A stretch of DNA of 64,000 bases, taken from NCBI RefSeq assembly GCF_009914755.1, contig NC_060929.1; one strand, written 5' to 3'. Under the pieces are notes generated by a model, which was given only the letters and a program-made list of their open reading frames with translations, made no database searches and was not told the DNA's origin. The stretch's first letter is position 1; every line of letters begins with the position of its first letter. Source of the stretch: the human T2T-CHM13v2.0 reference genome, Homo sapiens. Made by a program: the position numbers and the translations under genes. Shown here one piece after another: positions 1-14,200 of the stretch.

Positions 1-86
1 TCCTGAGAGGGCATTACATTTTTCTTTTTAAAAAATAGATCTATAGAATTTCTTGAAAGGTCAGTTGTAAAATGCTCTTTCTCACT

Positions 87-136
87 GACACATACAGACA
101 CATACAGACACAGACACAAAGACACACACACACACA
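87..136. repeat. Imperfect (CA)n/(GACACA)n microsatellite
   Basis: gacacatacagacacatacagacacagacacaaagacacacacacacacac. Confidence 0.85.
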
Positions 137-784
137 CCCCTTTTGTAAAAATTTTTATCTGGATTCTGGGGCAAAGACTATGAGGCGAACATTTGGAATT
201 TGGCCTTCTTTCTGCAGAGAGCTGTCAGGTATTACATAAGCTCTACAGAAACTGGTTTTGTTTGAGAAACTGAAATAGGCTACACATCTTGGAGTCTAGG
301 TGCAGTTGACCAGATAGCTGATCCCAGCAGTAATCAGAGGTATTCTTTATACTTCTGTAAAAATAACAAAAAGATTAACTGGGAGTTAAACCTGCACCAT
401 GGAATTAACTTAAACAAATATATTTGCTAGGGGTTCTCAATTGTTATACTGTATATGATAAACTGATACCCTGCAAACATTTCAGGTTGGGCCACTGAAT
501 TTTGATCCAAGCATACAGTGTATTTGAGTTGTGATAGTGTGTATATGCTGTTGTGGCAGTGTCTGTCAGAGGAAATGTTGGGCTGAACAGGTTTTGTGCC
601 GGTAGGGTGAGAAATGCTATGAATAAGAGATAAGAGGCATCATATTGTACTATAAAGCCAAGGAAAGTATATATATTTACTAGAATTTGCTAGAAATTTT
701 GTTCTTCAATATATAAGAAACAAAGAACCATCAATACCTTAATCACTCCTTGACCTGTTAACATTGTGCTGAAAGGAGACAAAA

Positions 785-1282
785 TGCCTTAGCTTGGGTT
801 CCTACCCCTTAACCAAAAACAGTCTGAAACAAAGGGTTGAGTGGCAGTTTATTTTGCAAAATGACTTCTTTGAGAGGAGGTTAACAGGTAGGAGGGAAAG
901 CCAATGAAGAATAGATAACTGAGTTAATCACTGCTGTCAGTAACTGGTGCTTGATGTGTGCAACCTATATTTCAGAGCTGTCCATCTGTGAGACCAAAGA
1001 GGAAACATGTTTCCACTGGCTCCTACCCTTCACTGGTCAAGGGTTGCCCCACTGGGTGGTAACCCTCTCATAGTTCCAGGTCTGCACATGTGTAATGCTG
1101 AGCAAGTTCCCACAGGAGCCCCAGACCAGCGGTGTCAGAAAGTTCAGAACACAAAGTGAGCAATTAACAGTATTTACACTTAAGGAGAGGTGCTGTCAGA
1201 CTATACCTGCGAGAAGCTGGTTGCCATAGCAACAGCTGGACTACAAGGTGTACTGTGAGGATATTAGGTAGGAACCAGAAGC
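785..1282 (-). mobile_element. ERVL solo LTR, LTR16-like
   Basis: Recognised segments ttgggttcct...aacagtctgaaacaaaggg, ggagggaaagccaat, cactggtcaagggttgcccc, gttgccatagcaac. Confidence 0.6.
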
Positions 1283-1560
1283 GTGCATTAGAGTTATTTA
1301 TTGCTGGTAACAAATTACCCCAAAACGTAATGGCTTGAAACAATAGCATTTATTATCTCCATTTCTATAGGCCAGGAATTCAGGTGGGGCTTAGTTGAGT
1401 CCTCTGTTTCTCTCACAGGCTGCCTGAGAGTCCCAGGCATAGTTATAGTCATCTCAAGCCTCTACTTGGGAAATATCTGCTTCCAAGATTACTCACACGT
1501 TGTTGGTAGAATTCAGTTCCTTGTGAACTGGATTGGGTTGTTGCTAGTCCTTATGATACC
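1283..1560 (-). mobile_element. MaLR LTR fragment (MLT1E/F-like)
   Basis: tattgctggtaacaaattaccccaaaacgtaatggcttgaaacaa...gccaggaattcagg...ggcttag is the reverse complement of an MLT1 3' end. Confidence 0.7.
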
Positions 1561-1739
1561 ATATGATATGGCAAGGTGAAACATTGGTAGAGGCATACGT
1601 ATAAAAATAGTCTCTCACTCCCTCTCTGCTTTCTTAACCCCTTAATTTTGGTGGTCTAGTTGCTGCTAAAAATAGTCTCAAAGACATTTATAGTTTACGT
1701 TGTGATGCTTTAGGGGTTCCCTCTCTGTACAGGACACAT

Positions 1740-2050
1740 TCTAGGCAGCAGAGCTATTTCCTGAAGATGCTACTCCCTCTTTCTGAAATACCTTTTCCTT
1801 CCTGTTTACTAAATAAACTCCGATTTATCCTTTAAAGTCCTTCCCAAAAGCACCACCTCCGTGAAGCACTTCTGACTCCCCAGGCTTCATCCTCGGACTT
1901 ACTTGGAAATGTATCTTCTGCGGCTTTTATTCCATGTTTTTTAACTTCCATTTCTGTCCTACTGGATGGTGAACACAAGAGTCCTGTATTTATTCTGAAT
2001 GTTTTCTCTGCAATTGTAGAGCACATGTTTTCAGATGTTTGTAAGTTCGT
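1740..2050 (+). mobile_element. L2 3' fragment
   Basis: caccacctccgtgaagcacttctgactcccc...ctactggatggtgaacac...agagcacat resembles a degenerate L2 tail. Confidence 0.5.
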
Positions 2051-3439
2051 TTATGTTTCTATGTCTTTGCGTGCTACTATGTTTAGAGCTCTTTAGCTCT
2101 AGTGATAGAATCAAAATTGACTCACAAATTACAAATTTAACAGAATAAATATTTCCTATCCTTTCAAATTGTCTTTGTTGCTGGATTTATTATCTAGAAT
2201 TTGAAATACATTTCTGGAAGTAAATTTGCATAATCAGAGAGTAAAGGGGGAAAAAATGGCAAAATATAAAACCAAGTTGGTCTAGTGTATAATCCAAGGG
2301 TGGTTTTAACATCTTGCTATACTCTGAAAATTTATTTTCATTTAACAATTCTGAATATGTATATGTAAATATATATAGTTTAAATTATAGCTAATTTCCT
2401 TGTAAGAAGCTGAAGGCATAAAAGAGGGAGATGGATTCTGTTTCACTAAACCAAAGCTGACAGCTCTGGTCTGATCCCAAAAATCTTAAAGGCTACAAAG
2501 AGAGAGGAAACAGCCCAACTCGCAACTCAGACCATGAATGAGTTTGCCAAGCTACACGTTAACAGCAAGCTCCGCTAGGTTTATAAACTGCCCAAACTTG
2601 GAACATACTGGACTCAGTTTTATTTTTAGGCTGTTCACACTTCAATATCATGTTTTAGAATAATCCAAAATATCATGCTTAAGAAAAGCAATATGGCCTA
2701 CGTAGTGGATCACTGGAAAATAAGATCTCCCAAATGACACCAGGGTGTCCACGTTTTAATTACATTCTACTCAGGGAATAACAAATGCTTCAAAGACAGC
2801 AAATAGAAACCCAGAAATAGTGTCCACCCTAAATGTTAAGTAGATATGCTACTAGGCTGAACTGATTTTTGCTTAAACTGTAAAATCAGAATTGCTAACT
2901 TTTAGGACTTCTCAAATGTGGGGACAGAAGGCAGTTTGCATTGTTTTACATTTCAAGATTTAACAAAACTTCCAATGTAAAGCAACATATCTAATTTAGC
3001 CAATGGCTGCCAGTGCTAGACCCTAGTTAACAAGGCCCTAATGCAGAGAAGTATCAATCAAGACAAAGCATGAATTAAAGGAAAATGAAGCAAATTCTCA
3101 TTAACAGCTAAGTGCCAATAAAAATGAAAAATCAAAATGAAAATGAATCAGAAGGAAATTGTATGCCTAAAAAAATCACCAGGGAAAAACGGACTATCTG
3201 CAAAATCACATTGTCATTTCTTTAGATTCAGCTCTCCATTAGGAATGAAAAATAGTCCAATTATACTAAAAGTTGTTTTGGACAATCTTAGTACCTGTAC
3301 TTGTTATTTTCTGCATACCAACCACCTTCCTAAATCAGATTCGTTCTCCACTGTTCCCTGCCCTACTTTGGGCTACAAGACACTGATCCCTAAGAACTCT
3401 ATGACCTGGGCTCCTTGATGAATGGCCTTGGCCAATGAT

Positions 3440-3830
3440 AAGCAGCAGCAGGATTAAAGAGGGTGCTGTGAGGCATTTTTTTCCTAAATGCTGCCTGCTT
3501 TGGAATGGGTTTTCTGGCATTGGGTGTACTCCTTCACCACTAGAGGTCCTTCCAGATGGACTACCCCTCCATGGCTCTTTCTGTCATTGGGCCTCAGCAA
3601 TGTTAATGCCTCTCCTGCCCCTTCAAGCCTAGGCATAGTAGTGGTTTCCTACTGATAGTTCCTAGGGGATCCAAACATCTTTTTTCAATTTCCAGTTGCT
3701 AGTTTCTAGGGGAATCCAAACATCTTTTTGTGTTCCTGAGCCCTGCCTGCACCTCTGTAAATTATCCCTTTATTAAAATCTATTTTACCATGTGAGTTGG
3801 ATTCTATTTTCCAAGGAAATTCATTGATCC
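3440..3830 (+). mobile_element. ERVL LTR, LTR33-like
   Basis: ctcctgccccttcaagcctaggcatagtagtggtttcctactg...cctgcctgcacctctgtaaattatccctttattaaa. Confidence 0.65.
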
Positions 3831-4359
3831 AGTCCTTCTCTGAGCCCTGGGAGGTAGCTAAACTCACTCCGGAAGGATGAAGACACCTACTTTTGCATCC
3901 TTAACCTTTCTTTCTTGTCCAAGAAAATCTTAGTACCTGTGCTGTTTATTTTCTGTATACCCCTCTATAAACTGACTTCAGTAATATAAGAAAATGTGCT
4001 TGGACTCTAAATACTGCACTGTAGTTCTGTTCCTCAAACTTCATTTTACTCACACTCACTGAAACCGTGTCACCTCTATGTAGTTATATTGGTGCCCAGA
4101 TCACCAAGCCACAAGTTTTGCCTCAAAGCTGATCTTATGCACAAGATGGTTGGGCAATGGTTGTCTAAAGGAGTTGGAAAGGACATTTTTGGATGTAGAG
4201 ATAGGGCTTGTGTTGAGAGTGTCATTAGAAGGGAAGGTGACAGGCTGCCCAAGCTGAGAAAACTGCAATGAAATGTTTTTCTACCCCACACTGACATTTG
4301 AAAATTTGTTGAAGTGAGATTTCAGAGAGAATAGAATGTTATTGCTGGAGAGAGTAGAA

Positions 4360-4515
4360 TTCATGTAGTCCAACGGCTTCACTTTATAGATAAGAAAACT
4401 GAGGGTCAGAAATATTAAGTGACTTTCCTAAAGTTAAGAAACTGCTTACTACAGAACCATGACTAAAACTCCAACTCCAAATCTGTACTGAGCTCTTTGT
4501 GTTCACTATACTGTT
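4360..4515 (-). mobile_element. MIR SINE fragment
   Basis: tttatagataagaaaactgagggtcagaaatattaagtgactt is the MIR core in reverse. Confidence 0.65.
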
Positions 4516-5109
4516 TAATATGATCTTATTGTGATCCTACACTCCTGGTTTATAAGAGTAAACAAAAAAATGTGCCAAGTTTATAGCAAAAATAATTTAT
4601 ATTAACTAAAGAAATAAAGAATTAGGAATTGATCTTATTTCATTTAAAGATTGGATGTCAGAACTACCATGGAATGAGATAAAATCTCGGTCTCATGGTC
4701 TTGCTATATTGTAAGATGGCTTCTGGGGGACTGAGTTTTCAGTGATGCAAATAAGAAAGGCAGGAAGAAAAGAAAAGATGGAGGGAAAAGCTAGTTTATT
4801 TAAAATTAAACTTTCTAAGAAATCAAAAAATGTGCATATCTAATAGTCTATATTATGTTGTCTGCCAAGTAGACATTGTCACTCATTCATGATGGGGCAT
4901 GCTCGGTTTCTTTTTGAGTTCAGAAAGCTCCTGGTTCATTGAAAATAGCTTAAAATTCAAAATAATTTTCAGTCATCCTCTCACATTTAAAGAAGTGTAT
5001 ACACTCAGCCATAAGTCTTCTTTTCATTTATTTAAGGTATCTTGTCCAATTGTGAAATATTTATACCTACTTTCCATTATAACATACATTCCACCAAAGT
5101 CTAAGAAGT

Positions 5110-5370
5110 ATTATGCAATGATAACATTCATAGGTTTGCAGTCAGACAGCCCAGACACAGGTTCTCCCTGTGACACTTCTACTAATTATGTAACTCTGGG
5201 AAAATACAAAGCCTCTCTGAGCCTCCGTTGCCTGTCCCAGTAGTCAAATAAAGATGAGTACCTACCTTTTAAAAATGTTGAAATAAGATTTTTTTTAAAC
5301 TGTACAGTTCTTAATATAATGTCTGGAGTATAGTATGTGTACAATATAGGATAGCTATTACTAGTAGGAA
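5110..5370 (+). mobile_element. MIR SINE
   Basis: cagtcagacagccc...acttctactaattatgtaactctggg...cctctctgagcctc...gtacctacct. Confidence 0.65.
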
Positions 5371-6554
5371 TAATTATTTATAACCACAGTCTACCCTCTT
5401 CTTACTTCTTAATTTCTCAATTAATAAGACAAAAAAAGCAAAATCCTATCCTCGTTGCAGCAACTGTTTTTCATTACAGATATAGTATCTTGCTAATAGA
5501 ATTAATTGCTAAGGATTTAACCTAAATTTTCTAGTTCTATACAAGTAATAATAGTAATTAAAGGGAGAGTTCCATGTTTAGATTTAACTTTTTTTATTGT
5601 ACCAAAAAAATGAGTCAATTGAAAATATTATCCAGGAGAAAATTATCTTTGCCTCTTGTGTGGCTATGGAAGTTAGTATTTTTTTTTTTTACTTGAAACG
5701 AATTCTACAGTTTAACTGGTTTTCATCTTGTGGTGAAAGTTTCCAAAGGCCATCAGGAAAATTGTCTAATAAGTAAAATATTTGCCTAGAAAATTGAAAC
5801 ATGTGTCTGCATAATTCAGACCTATATTCTTTCTCTCTTCCCACTATGTCCAGATAATTGAATAAAAGTTTTGACATAACTTTTTTGTGGTCATTTGCCA
5901 ACAGAATTATTTAGTTCTTGCTCATCAAATACACTAGATAAAAAACAATGGAAGACATCTTAATATAAGATGCAAAGATCTTGAACATTTCAAAGATAAT
6001 TTCCCAATAGTTACTAGTTACCATGGAAGTTTAACAAATCATCTTTGAGGTGTCCCTTTTAAAAATATAAATAATACCCTCATTTGTAAGTCATAAAGAT
6101 CAATGAAGACTATTTCATAAACATTATGAATAACCTAACATTCTAATTTCATTTTGGTTTATGTTGCTCACACCATGAACAATTTTAGTTCGACTCCTGG
6201 AATAGAAGTTACACATGCAACCTATGACCAGGTTAGTCTGTTCCAGTTAGTAAAATCACCAAATCAGCCCATCATTCGAAGCCCTTTCATGATTCTCCCA
6301 CTATGTATGTTTCAATCCTAACTTTATCCTTATTCCTATTTCTAAATTTGTACATGTCATCATATAGCAAAGGTATGACCTCCATTATACCTTTAATATA
6401 TTAGCCAGAAATACTCTTCTGCATTGAAGCTAAGCATTGGTTGGTGGTTGCGTTGAAGCATTATTGGTGGTTGCATTTATGTAAGAGCTCAACTTTTACT
6501 TCAAGCTTAGCCTATGGGATTTGTTATCTTTCAGAATCCATTCCATTATCAACA

Positions 6555-6935
6555 GCGTCAGCTGGGATTAGGTTCAGCTGGCAATAACAGAATATTCAAA
6601 CATGAATGGCTTTATCACAAAAAAGTGTATTTTTCTCAAGTTATAAGATGTTCAGGTAGGAATTTGCTGGCTGTTTCAGCACCTCTAAGATGTCTTGGCC
6701 AAGATCTCTAAGATTCTCTTTGCTTTTTCCTCATGAATTCAAGATGGCTACTGGAGATCCTGCAATAATTTTCACTTCCCAGGCAGCAGGATGGAAAACT
6801 AATAAGGCGGCAAAAATGGTTGGAATATTTCATTTTCCAGCTTTATCTGCAAGGAAGGCAGTAAAATAAACTATGTGTAAGAGAAAAGAAGAGTAGGCAA
6901 GAATAGATATTAAGGTAGCAACGAGCATTTTGCCA
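6555..6935 (-). mobile_element. Old MaLR LTR (MLT1J/K/L-like)
   Basis: gtcagctgggattaggttcagctggcaataacagaa...caagatggctactgg...ttcccaggcagcagga. Confidence 0.55.
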
Positions 6936-7010
6936 CTCCAATCAGTCTTAGTTGATGTTAATTCTTCTACCCACACCTTCCTAGAATATTAGAATTCTGC
7001 AAGTTTTCTT

Positions 7011-7489
7011 ACTTAAAAGCAAGGCCTAAGCCTGTCATAAACAGGCCTTAAAGAGACTGGCCATAAACAGGATTTCTGCAGCAATGTGACATGCTCGTGA
7101 TGGCTATCATGCACACTGCTAAAAGTTGTTGGTTTACTGGAGCAGGGCAAGGAACACCTGGCCCGACCTGGAGCGGAAAACTGCTCTAACCACAAATTAT
7201 AGCAGGAGTGGCCTGTGCCTTAGCAATATGCTTTTGCTGCAAATAATCAGCCAGAGTCTGTTTCTCTGCTCCTCGCTAGGAATGCTTTTAGTTAATCTAT
7301 AATCTATAAGAACTATGCTTATCACTGGCTTTCTGTCAGTAAATGTGTGGGTCAAACTCTGTTCATGGCTTTCAGCTCTGAAGTCTGTCAGCCCCCTGAT
7401 TTCCACTTTATACTCTATTCCTGTGTCTTTGTCTTTAATTCCTCTGGTGCCACTGGGTTAGGGTCTCCACGACCGAGCTGGCCTTGGCA
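7011..7489 (+). mobile_element. MER9 (MER9B-like) solo LTR of HERV-K9/HML-3
   Basis: actggccataaacaggatttctgcagcaatgtgacatg...gggcaaggaacacctggccc...terminal gggttagggtctccacgaccgagctggccttggca. Confidence 0.8.
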
Positions 7490-7832
7490 ATTGCCATATT
7501 TTACATTATTCTTACATATTTGTTTTCTTCCTAAAATCTGCTGTCCATGTTTATAAACTTGTGTTAGCTTCAAAATCCTCCAAAACAAAACAAAAATAGA
7601 ACTGACGTGGAAATGAGGACCAAACATGTTACTTAGTCACAAATGAACAATAAACTGGCAGGGTGACCAAATGAATCCAATATATTATCTAATATGTGTG
7701 TGAGAGGAAATGAATGACTATTATAGACACAAAACGAGTTGCCCTACTAGAGCCCCAAAACATGTATTAGGGTAATGGCAATTCCTTGCACCTCTCGTCA
7801 CACCTGCTTCTCATTTGACCCTGCATTACATG

Positions 7833-8218
7833 TGTGTCTCAATCCATTTGTGCTGCTATAGCATAATATCCAAGACTGGGTAATTTCTAGACAACAGAAT
7901 TTATTTGTCACAGTTCTGGAGGCTGAAAAGTTCAAGATCAAGGAGCTAGAAGGCTGGGGGTGAGAGCTGCTCTTGCCTTGATGTGGCATCTTGTTGCTGC
8001 ATCCTTTGCAGGGGATGAATGCTGTGTCCTCAAATGGCAGAAGGGATGGAAAGGTAAAAATGGTCTTAAGCTAGTTCCCTCTAGTCCTTTTATAAGGCAT
8101 TAATTCATTCATGAAGGAGGATTTAATCACTTTCCAAAAGTCCTTACCTCTTAATACCACCACAATGGGGATAAGTTTCAACATAAATTTTGGAGGGGCC
8201 AAATTCAAACCATAGCAA
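7833..8218 (-). mobile_element. MaLR solo LTR (MLT1A/MSTD-like)
   Basis: ccatttgtgctgctatagc...cacagttctggaggctgaaaagttcaagatcaagg...attcaaaccatagca. Confidence 0.8.
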
Positions 8219-11200
8219 TATGTTTGGAGTTAGCTTGGCTTTAGTATGTAAATCTGACTGCAATTCCTGAGCTCTATAGAATGATTGAATCTCTCTAGGG
8301 TTGTTAAAGTTCAAGCCAGTGAGTATTCATCCATGAAAAAGCCAAAATGAATTCCATGTTGTTTATAAAACAACAAAAATACTTAAATCACTTCTAAGAA
8401 TCAGAGAACAACATCACATACGTGAAAATTCACTAACATATGATTTACCTGGGAAATACAGGTAAAATGGACAATAGGTCGGTAGAATCAGGAACATTTA
8501 ACTACTGAGATATTATATTTAACTAAGCTTGAAGTAAAAGTTTAGCCCTTACATAAATGCAACCAACAATTAGAAGTGACATTTGCCATACTGGCTTTAT
8601 GTACAATGAAAGCCATGTGTAATGCTGAAGTTATGATAGAACAAACATTTATTTCCCTTATATACTAATTTTTAGATTTTAAAATCTGTAGCAGTTAGAG
8701 TTTTTGTTTTGCTTACAATGTACCGATACATGTAACAATAAGCTATAGCATTATGGGGGTCACAAGTCTATGCTTTATAGGATATTTTAGAGATTTAAAA
8801 TTATGCTCCCATAGCTTCCCTCATGTTGGTCTACCTTTTGATGTCTCTATTACTTCTATGAAATAAGAAAGTGAAGTTTCACCTTCTTGGAGTTCTATTA
8901 TTAAGCTCAAAGACACATATTCAACAGATTAATTTACTTCAATAAACATCCTTGTGCTTGGTGGAGAAGATAACGATTCCTACCCTCCGGAAACTCTCCA
9001 TAACAAAGTAAATGGCATTGGTCATTTTTCCAGCAGACACATGACTGTATTTCCGAGCAGCCTAGTTTCTTTGGGTGAAAGATTTTGGAGAATGCAGTTA
9101 TTTTTTAGCTAGAGATGTTAGCTATCACTAAAAATTAATGTGGCTTAAACAGTCTTTAGCATATAAAAAGATGTTCAACTTACTACCCTTTAGGGAAATG
9201 CAAATGAAAATCACAGTGAAAAACTTCTGGTTTCTGGTCTGACACGTATAAGGAACTTATAAGTCTTAATACCATCCTAATAAGTAGAACAACTTGTTAA
9301 AGTTGAACAACCCGAAAAGTTAAGAAGGCCTCTTGGATCTGTCAGTGAATTGAGGTCACAGGGCAAACCACTACCCCATAACTGGAGAGACACATAGGCA
9401 GATACAGAGAACGACAACTTACTAGAGCAGAAACCCTTGAGTAGAAACCTCTGCAGAAACCAGTGTCAGAATAGGAAAACCTGAACTGACAAGTTGCTGG
9501 AGGCTCAGTGTGGACAAGTCTGAGAGTTAAAAACTCCAGGGGGGATCAGTCAGAGAGGGTGGCTTCCACACTTTTGTGAGTTTTACCTCCAGAAGCTCTA
9601 TTCAGTTCTCACGGTGAATATTGAGGAAAAAATTGCCTCATGCTTCTGGCAGGGGGAGGGGAAAAGGAACCATTTAAAAATATGCCAAATCATTCTGTTC
9701 TTTTCAATAAAGTTTGCCCACAGAAGAAACTTCAACCAGAGCTTAACCTGTTAGAACTTTATCAGAGACTAATCTACTTGGGGGAAGAAAAATAGCCAAC
9801 TCTAGCCCCTCTAGACATCTTGTTAGAGAAACTAAGAAGAAACTAACTTTTTCTTGTAAGAGAAAAACTAAGAAGCACTGGCGAGGTGCACAGGCTAGGG
9901 GCACAGGCTCACCGAAAGACTGAGACTTAATATTAGGACGATAGAATACTTCCCCCCAGCACCTTACCACCGCATTACTAAAGGCCCAACTACCACAGTT
10001 CCTTTTACCCTATATATCAGGTTCATCTTCCAACACAAAGTTGCAAGGCACACTAAAAGACGAAAAACAGTTTGAAGAGACTAAACAAGAACCAGATTCA
10101 GATGTGGCAGGCATGTTGGAATTATTAGATGAAGAATTTAAGCAAACTATAATTATTATGCTAAGGGCTTTAATAGAAAAAGTAGACAACATGCAAAAAA
10201 AAATGGATAATGTAATCAGAGGTGGACATTCTAAAAAAGAATCAAAAAGAAATGTTAGAGATCAAAAACACTGTAACAAAATGAATAATGTCTTTGGGGC
10301 AACATTAATGGACTGGACATAGCTGAGGAAAGTATCTCTGAGCTTGAGGGTATAACAATCAAAACTTCCAAAACTGAAAAACAAAGAAAAAATAAGATTA
10401 ATCCCCTGCTCCGCCCCCCGAAATACGACGGAACAGAGTATCGAAGAATCGTGAGACTACAAAAGACATATCACACATGCAAGGGGAATACCAGAAAGAC
10501 CAAAAAAAAAAAAAAAAATAGAGAAAGAAACAGATAAAATAATTGAAACAATAAAGACAGATAATTTCTTCCAAATTAATGTCAGACACCAAACCACAGA
10601 TAGGAAACTCAGGGGACATTAAGTTAACATTAAGGATAAATAGAAAAAAATACACCTAGACATACCATATTAAACTTCAGAAAATCAAAGATTAATACAA
10701 CATCTTAAAAGAAGCCAGAGGACAAAAACCATCTCACCTATAGAGGAGCAAAGATAAGAATTTTATCTGAAGCGAGTACAGTAAACTATTTAAAGTGTTG
10801 AGAGAAAAAAATACACCAACCTAAAATTACATACTCTGCGAAATTATCTTTCAATTGTGAAAGAGAGGAGGGGATTCAAGATGTCTGACTAAAGGCATCC
10901 GACACTCACCTCTTCCACAAAGGGAACAAAAATTGTAAAAAGATAATTACACTTTCAGTAAATAATCTGAAAGGACCCTACAATTCAATAGAGAAGTGAA
11001 AGGAAACACCTAAGGCAAGGAAGGAGAGGGAAGTGAGTGAGGCAACCTGCTTGGCTAGGAGCCTGGAGAAGCTCCCCAGTGTGGAGAAAGGGAAAGAGAG
11101 ACCCCCCACTTCCCCCGCCCCCTGGCAGTCCACATTCCCACTACAGACTTCTGCAATCCGAGCCTCAAGAGAGGCCCTTGACCCTTATGGGCCCTGACAC

Positions 11201-14200
11201 TAACATAGGGAGCTGCCTGGAGACCGTGTGAAGGCATTGCTCCAGAGAGGGAGCTCATCATGGGTCCCACACAGACACTGAGATCTAAGCAGCTTCAGCA
11301 AAGCACCATTTTGAGAGTTCGGCTCCTACCAGATTATATCCTACCTTGAGGCAGAACAGCTCCTGAATAGCAACATCACTGGAACCACATTGATATCCCC
11401 CATCTGCAGCTGCCACCACTGCTGGCCACTGCCACTGGGACCAAAGCATAAGCCACTGGCAGTGACCCCAATACCTCCAGCACCAGGATGGTCATACATT
11501 TGCATATTCCCTGAGGACAGGCTCCCCTGCTCACAGCTGCTGCTGACTGCTGCCACCAGTGGTGGAGTGGAAGCCACTGACAGCAACCCCACTGCTCCCA
11601 GCCCTCCACAGCAGGACAGCCACAGAGCACTTGCCCTGAGTGTAGGCTCCCTGACTCCACGCCTACCACTGCTGCCCTCACTTGAGCACTCTGCCAAGGC
11701 CCTGGGGGTCACCCAGTCCCTGCTCACCACAGCCCAGTGCTTGTATGCACCACCAGGTGCTTGAGGACAGGCCTGCCCAGCTGAGCTTCACACTCCATAG
11801 CACCTAAGCATGCCATTTCGGAGGTCTTGGGATTAACCACACCAATCCACCACCATAGGCACTTGGACACTTCTCCTGGAGGCCTGAGGTTGGGCCCACC
11901 CAACTTGTCACTGCTACTTCACCTGGCATCTACATGCCACCTGTGGGCCTAAGGACTGGCCTGCCCAGCCCCTTCACCACTGCCACCACCAACAGCATGG
12001 ACTGCTTGGGAGACAGAGGTTTATCACACCATGACTACTGCCATCACCTACACTCTGCCTGCTGCCCAGGGGCCTGTGACTCCATCTGCCTATTCAGCTC
12101 TTTGCTACCACTACTGGTACCTGAGCAAGTTGTCTGGAGTCCCAACAGTCAATTTGCTTGGATATACTAACACCAGTGCCACTGTGTGCCTCCCTGGGCC
12201 CCAAGAACAGGCATACTTAACCTGCTGCTGCCACCACTGGGCACTGGCCCACCTGGGGTCTCCATCACTAGCAAAACATCATCACAGCCTTCACTAACAA
12301 CTGCACTCTGAAGTCACTGACAAAATCGCAGATACTACCTACACCCTTTATAGCCAAAGAAATTATACAAAGACTACACTACTGCAGGCACCCAGAATCA
12401 AAGCCAAAGTGCCCTACATAACCAACATCATAGATACATCTTCATTAAGAAGTACATCCTTATGACTGCAAATCCAAAAAATTGGAAGAAGCAACAGTTA
12501 TGCCAGATGCACAGGTATCAGTGTAAGGACACCAGAAACATGAAAAACATGACACCTCCAAAGGAACACAAGAAATCTCCAACAACAGATTCCAATGAAA
12601 AATAAATTTATAAAATATTAAAAAAAGAATTCAAAATAATGATATACTACCTCATTGAGTTAAAAGAGAATACAGATAAACAATACAGTGAAATCAGAAA
12701 AACAATTCAGGATATAAATCAGAAATTTAACAAATGGACAAATATTGTTTTAAAAAAATCAAGCAGAAATCCCAGAACTGAGGAATTTCTTAAATGAAAT
12801 AAATATATTCAAGAACTTCAGCAATAGACTAGAGCAAGCAGAAGAACTTCAGAACTTGCAGAAAGGTATTTTGAAATAACCCAGTCAGACAATAATAATA
12901 AAAAAGATTAAAAAGAATGAACAAAGCCTATGTAGCATATGGGATACCATAAAGCAACCAAACTTTTGAAGATTTCATGTTCCAAAAAGTAAAGAAAAGA
13001 TCAAAGGAATAGAAAACCTATTTAATAAAATAATAGCTGAAAATTTCCCAAGTCTGTAAAGAGATTTGTACATTCAGATACAGGAAGTTCAGAGATCCCC
13101 AAATAGATACAACTTAAGAGGTCTTCTCCATGGCAAGTTATGGTCAATTGTCAAGTCAAAGACAAAGACAGAATTATAAAATAGCAAGAGAAAAGTGTCT
13201 AGTCATTTATAAGGGAACCCCCTTTAGACTAATGGTGAATTTCTCAGCAGACACTGTACAGGCCAGGAGAGAATGGGATGATATATTCAAAGTGCTGAAA
13301 CTAAAAAACAAACAAACAAAAAGCCATCAGTCAAGGATAGTATACCCAATAAAGTTATCCTTCATAAACTAAGGAAAAATGAAATCTTTCTCAGACAAGC
13401 AAAAGCTGAGGGACTCTATCTCCACTAGACCAGGACTACAAGAAATGCTTATGGAAGTGCTAGACCTGGAAGCAAAAGGAAAATATATACAATCATGAAA
13501 ATACATGAAAAATCCACTGGTAGAACAAACTCACAAATGAGTAAGAGAAAGGATTCAAATGTTACCACTACAGGAAACCACCAAACCATAATGATAAACA
13601 AGAAAGAAAGGAACAAAAGACATACAAAACAATCAGAAGTCAATTAACAAAATGACACGAACAAGCCTTCACATATCAATAATAACCTTTAATATAAGTG
13701 GATTATTTTCCATTTAAAAGTTATAGACTGCCTGAATTGATTTTTTTTTTAAAAAACCATGATCCAACTATATACTGCCAACAATAAACTAATCTCACTT
13801 GTAAAGGCACATATAGACAAAGTAAAAAGGTGGAAAAAGATATTCCATGCAAATGAAAAACCAGGAGTGAGCAGGAGTAGCTATATTTTATTACATAAAA
13901 TAGATTTTAAGTGAAGAACAGTGAAAAGAGAAAAAGAAAGTCATTATATAATAAGGGGATTCGTTCAGCAAGAGGATATAATAATTCTAAACATATATGC
14001 ACCCAACACTGGAGCACCAGTGTTGGAAATATAAAGGAAATATTAGATCTAAAGGGAGAGATAGACTCCAATGCAATAAATGTTGGAGACTGCAACACTC
14101 CATTCTCAGCATTAGACAGATCATCTAGACAGAAAATTAACAAAGAAATACTGAATTTAAACTAGACATTAAACCAGATGGACCTAACAGACATTTACAG

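Noticed and set aside
11037-12297. Cluster of long GC-rich ORFs on both strands
   Set aside because: L1 5'UTR; stop-poor because of base composition.
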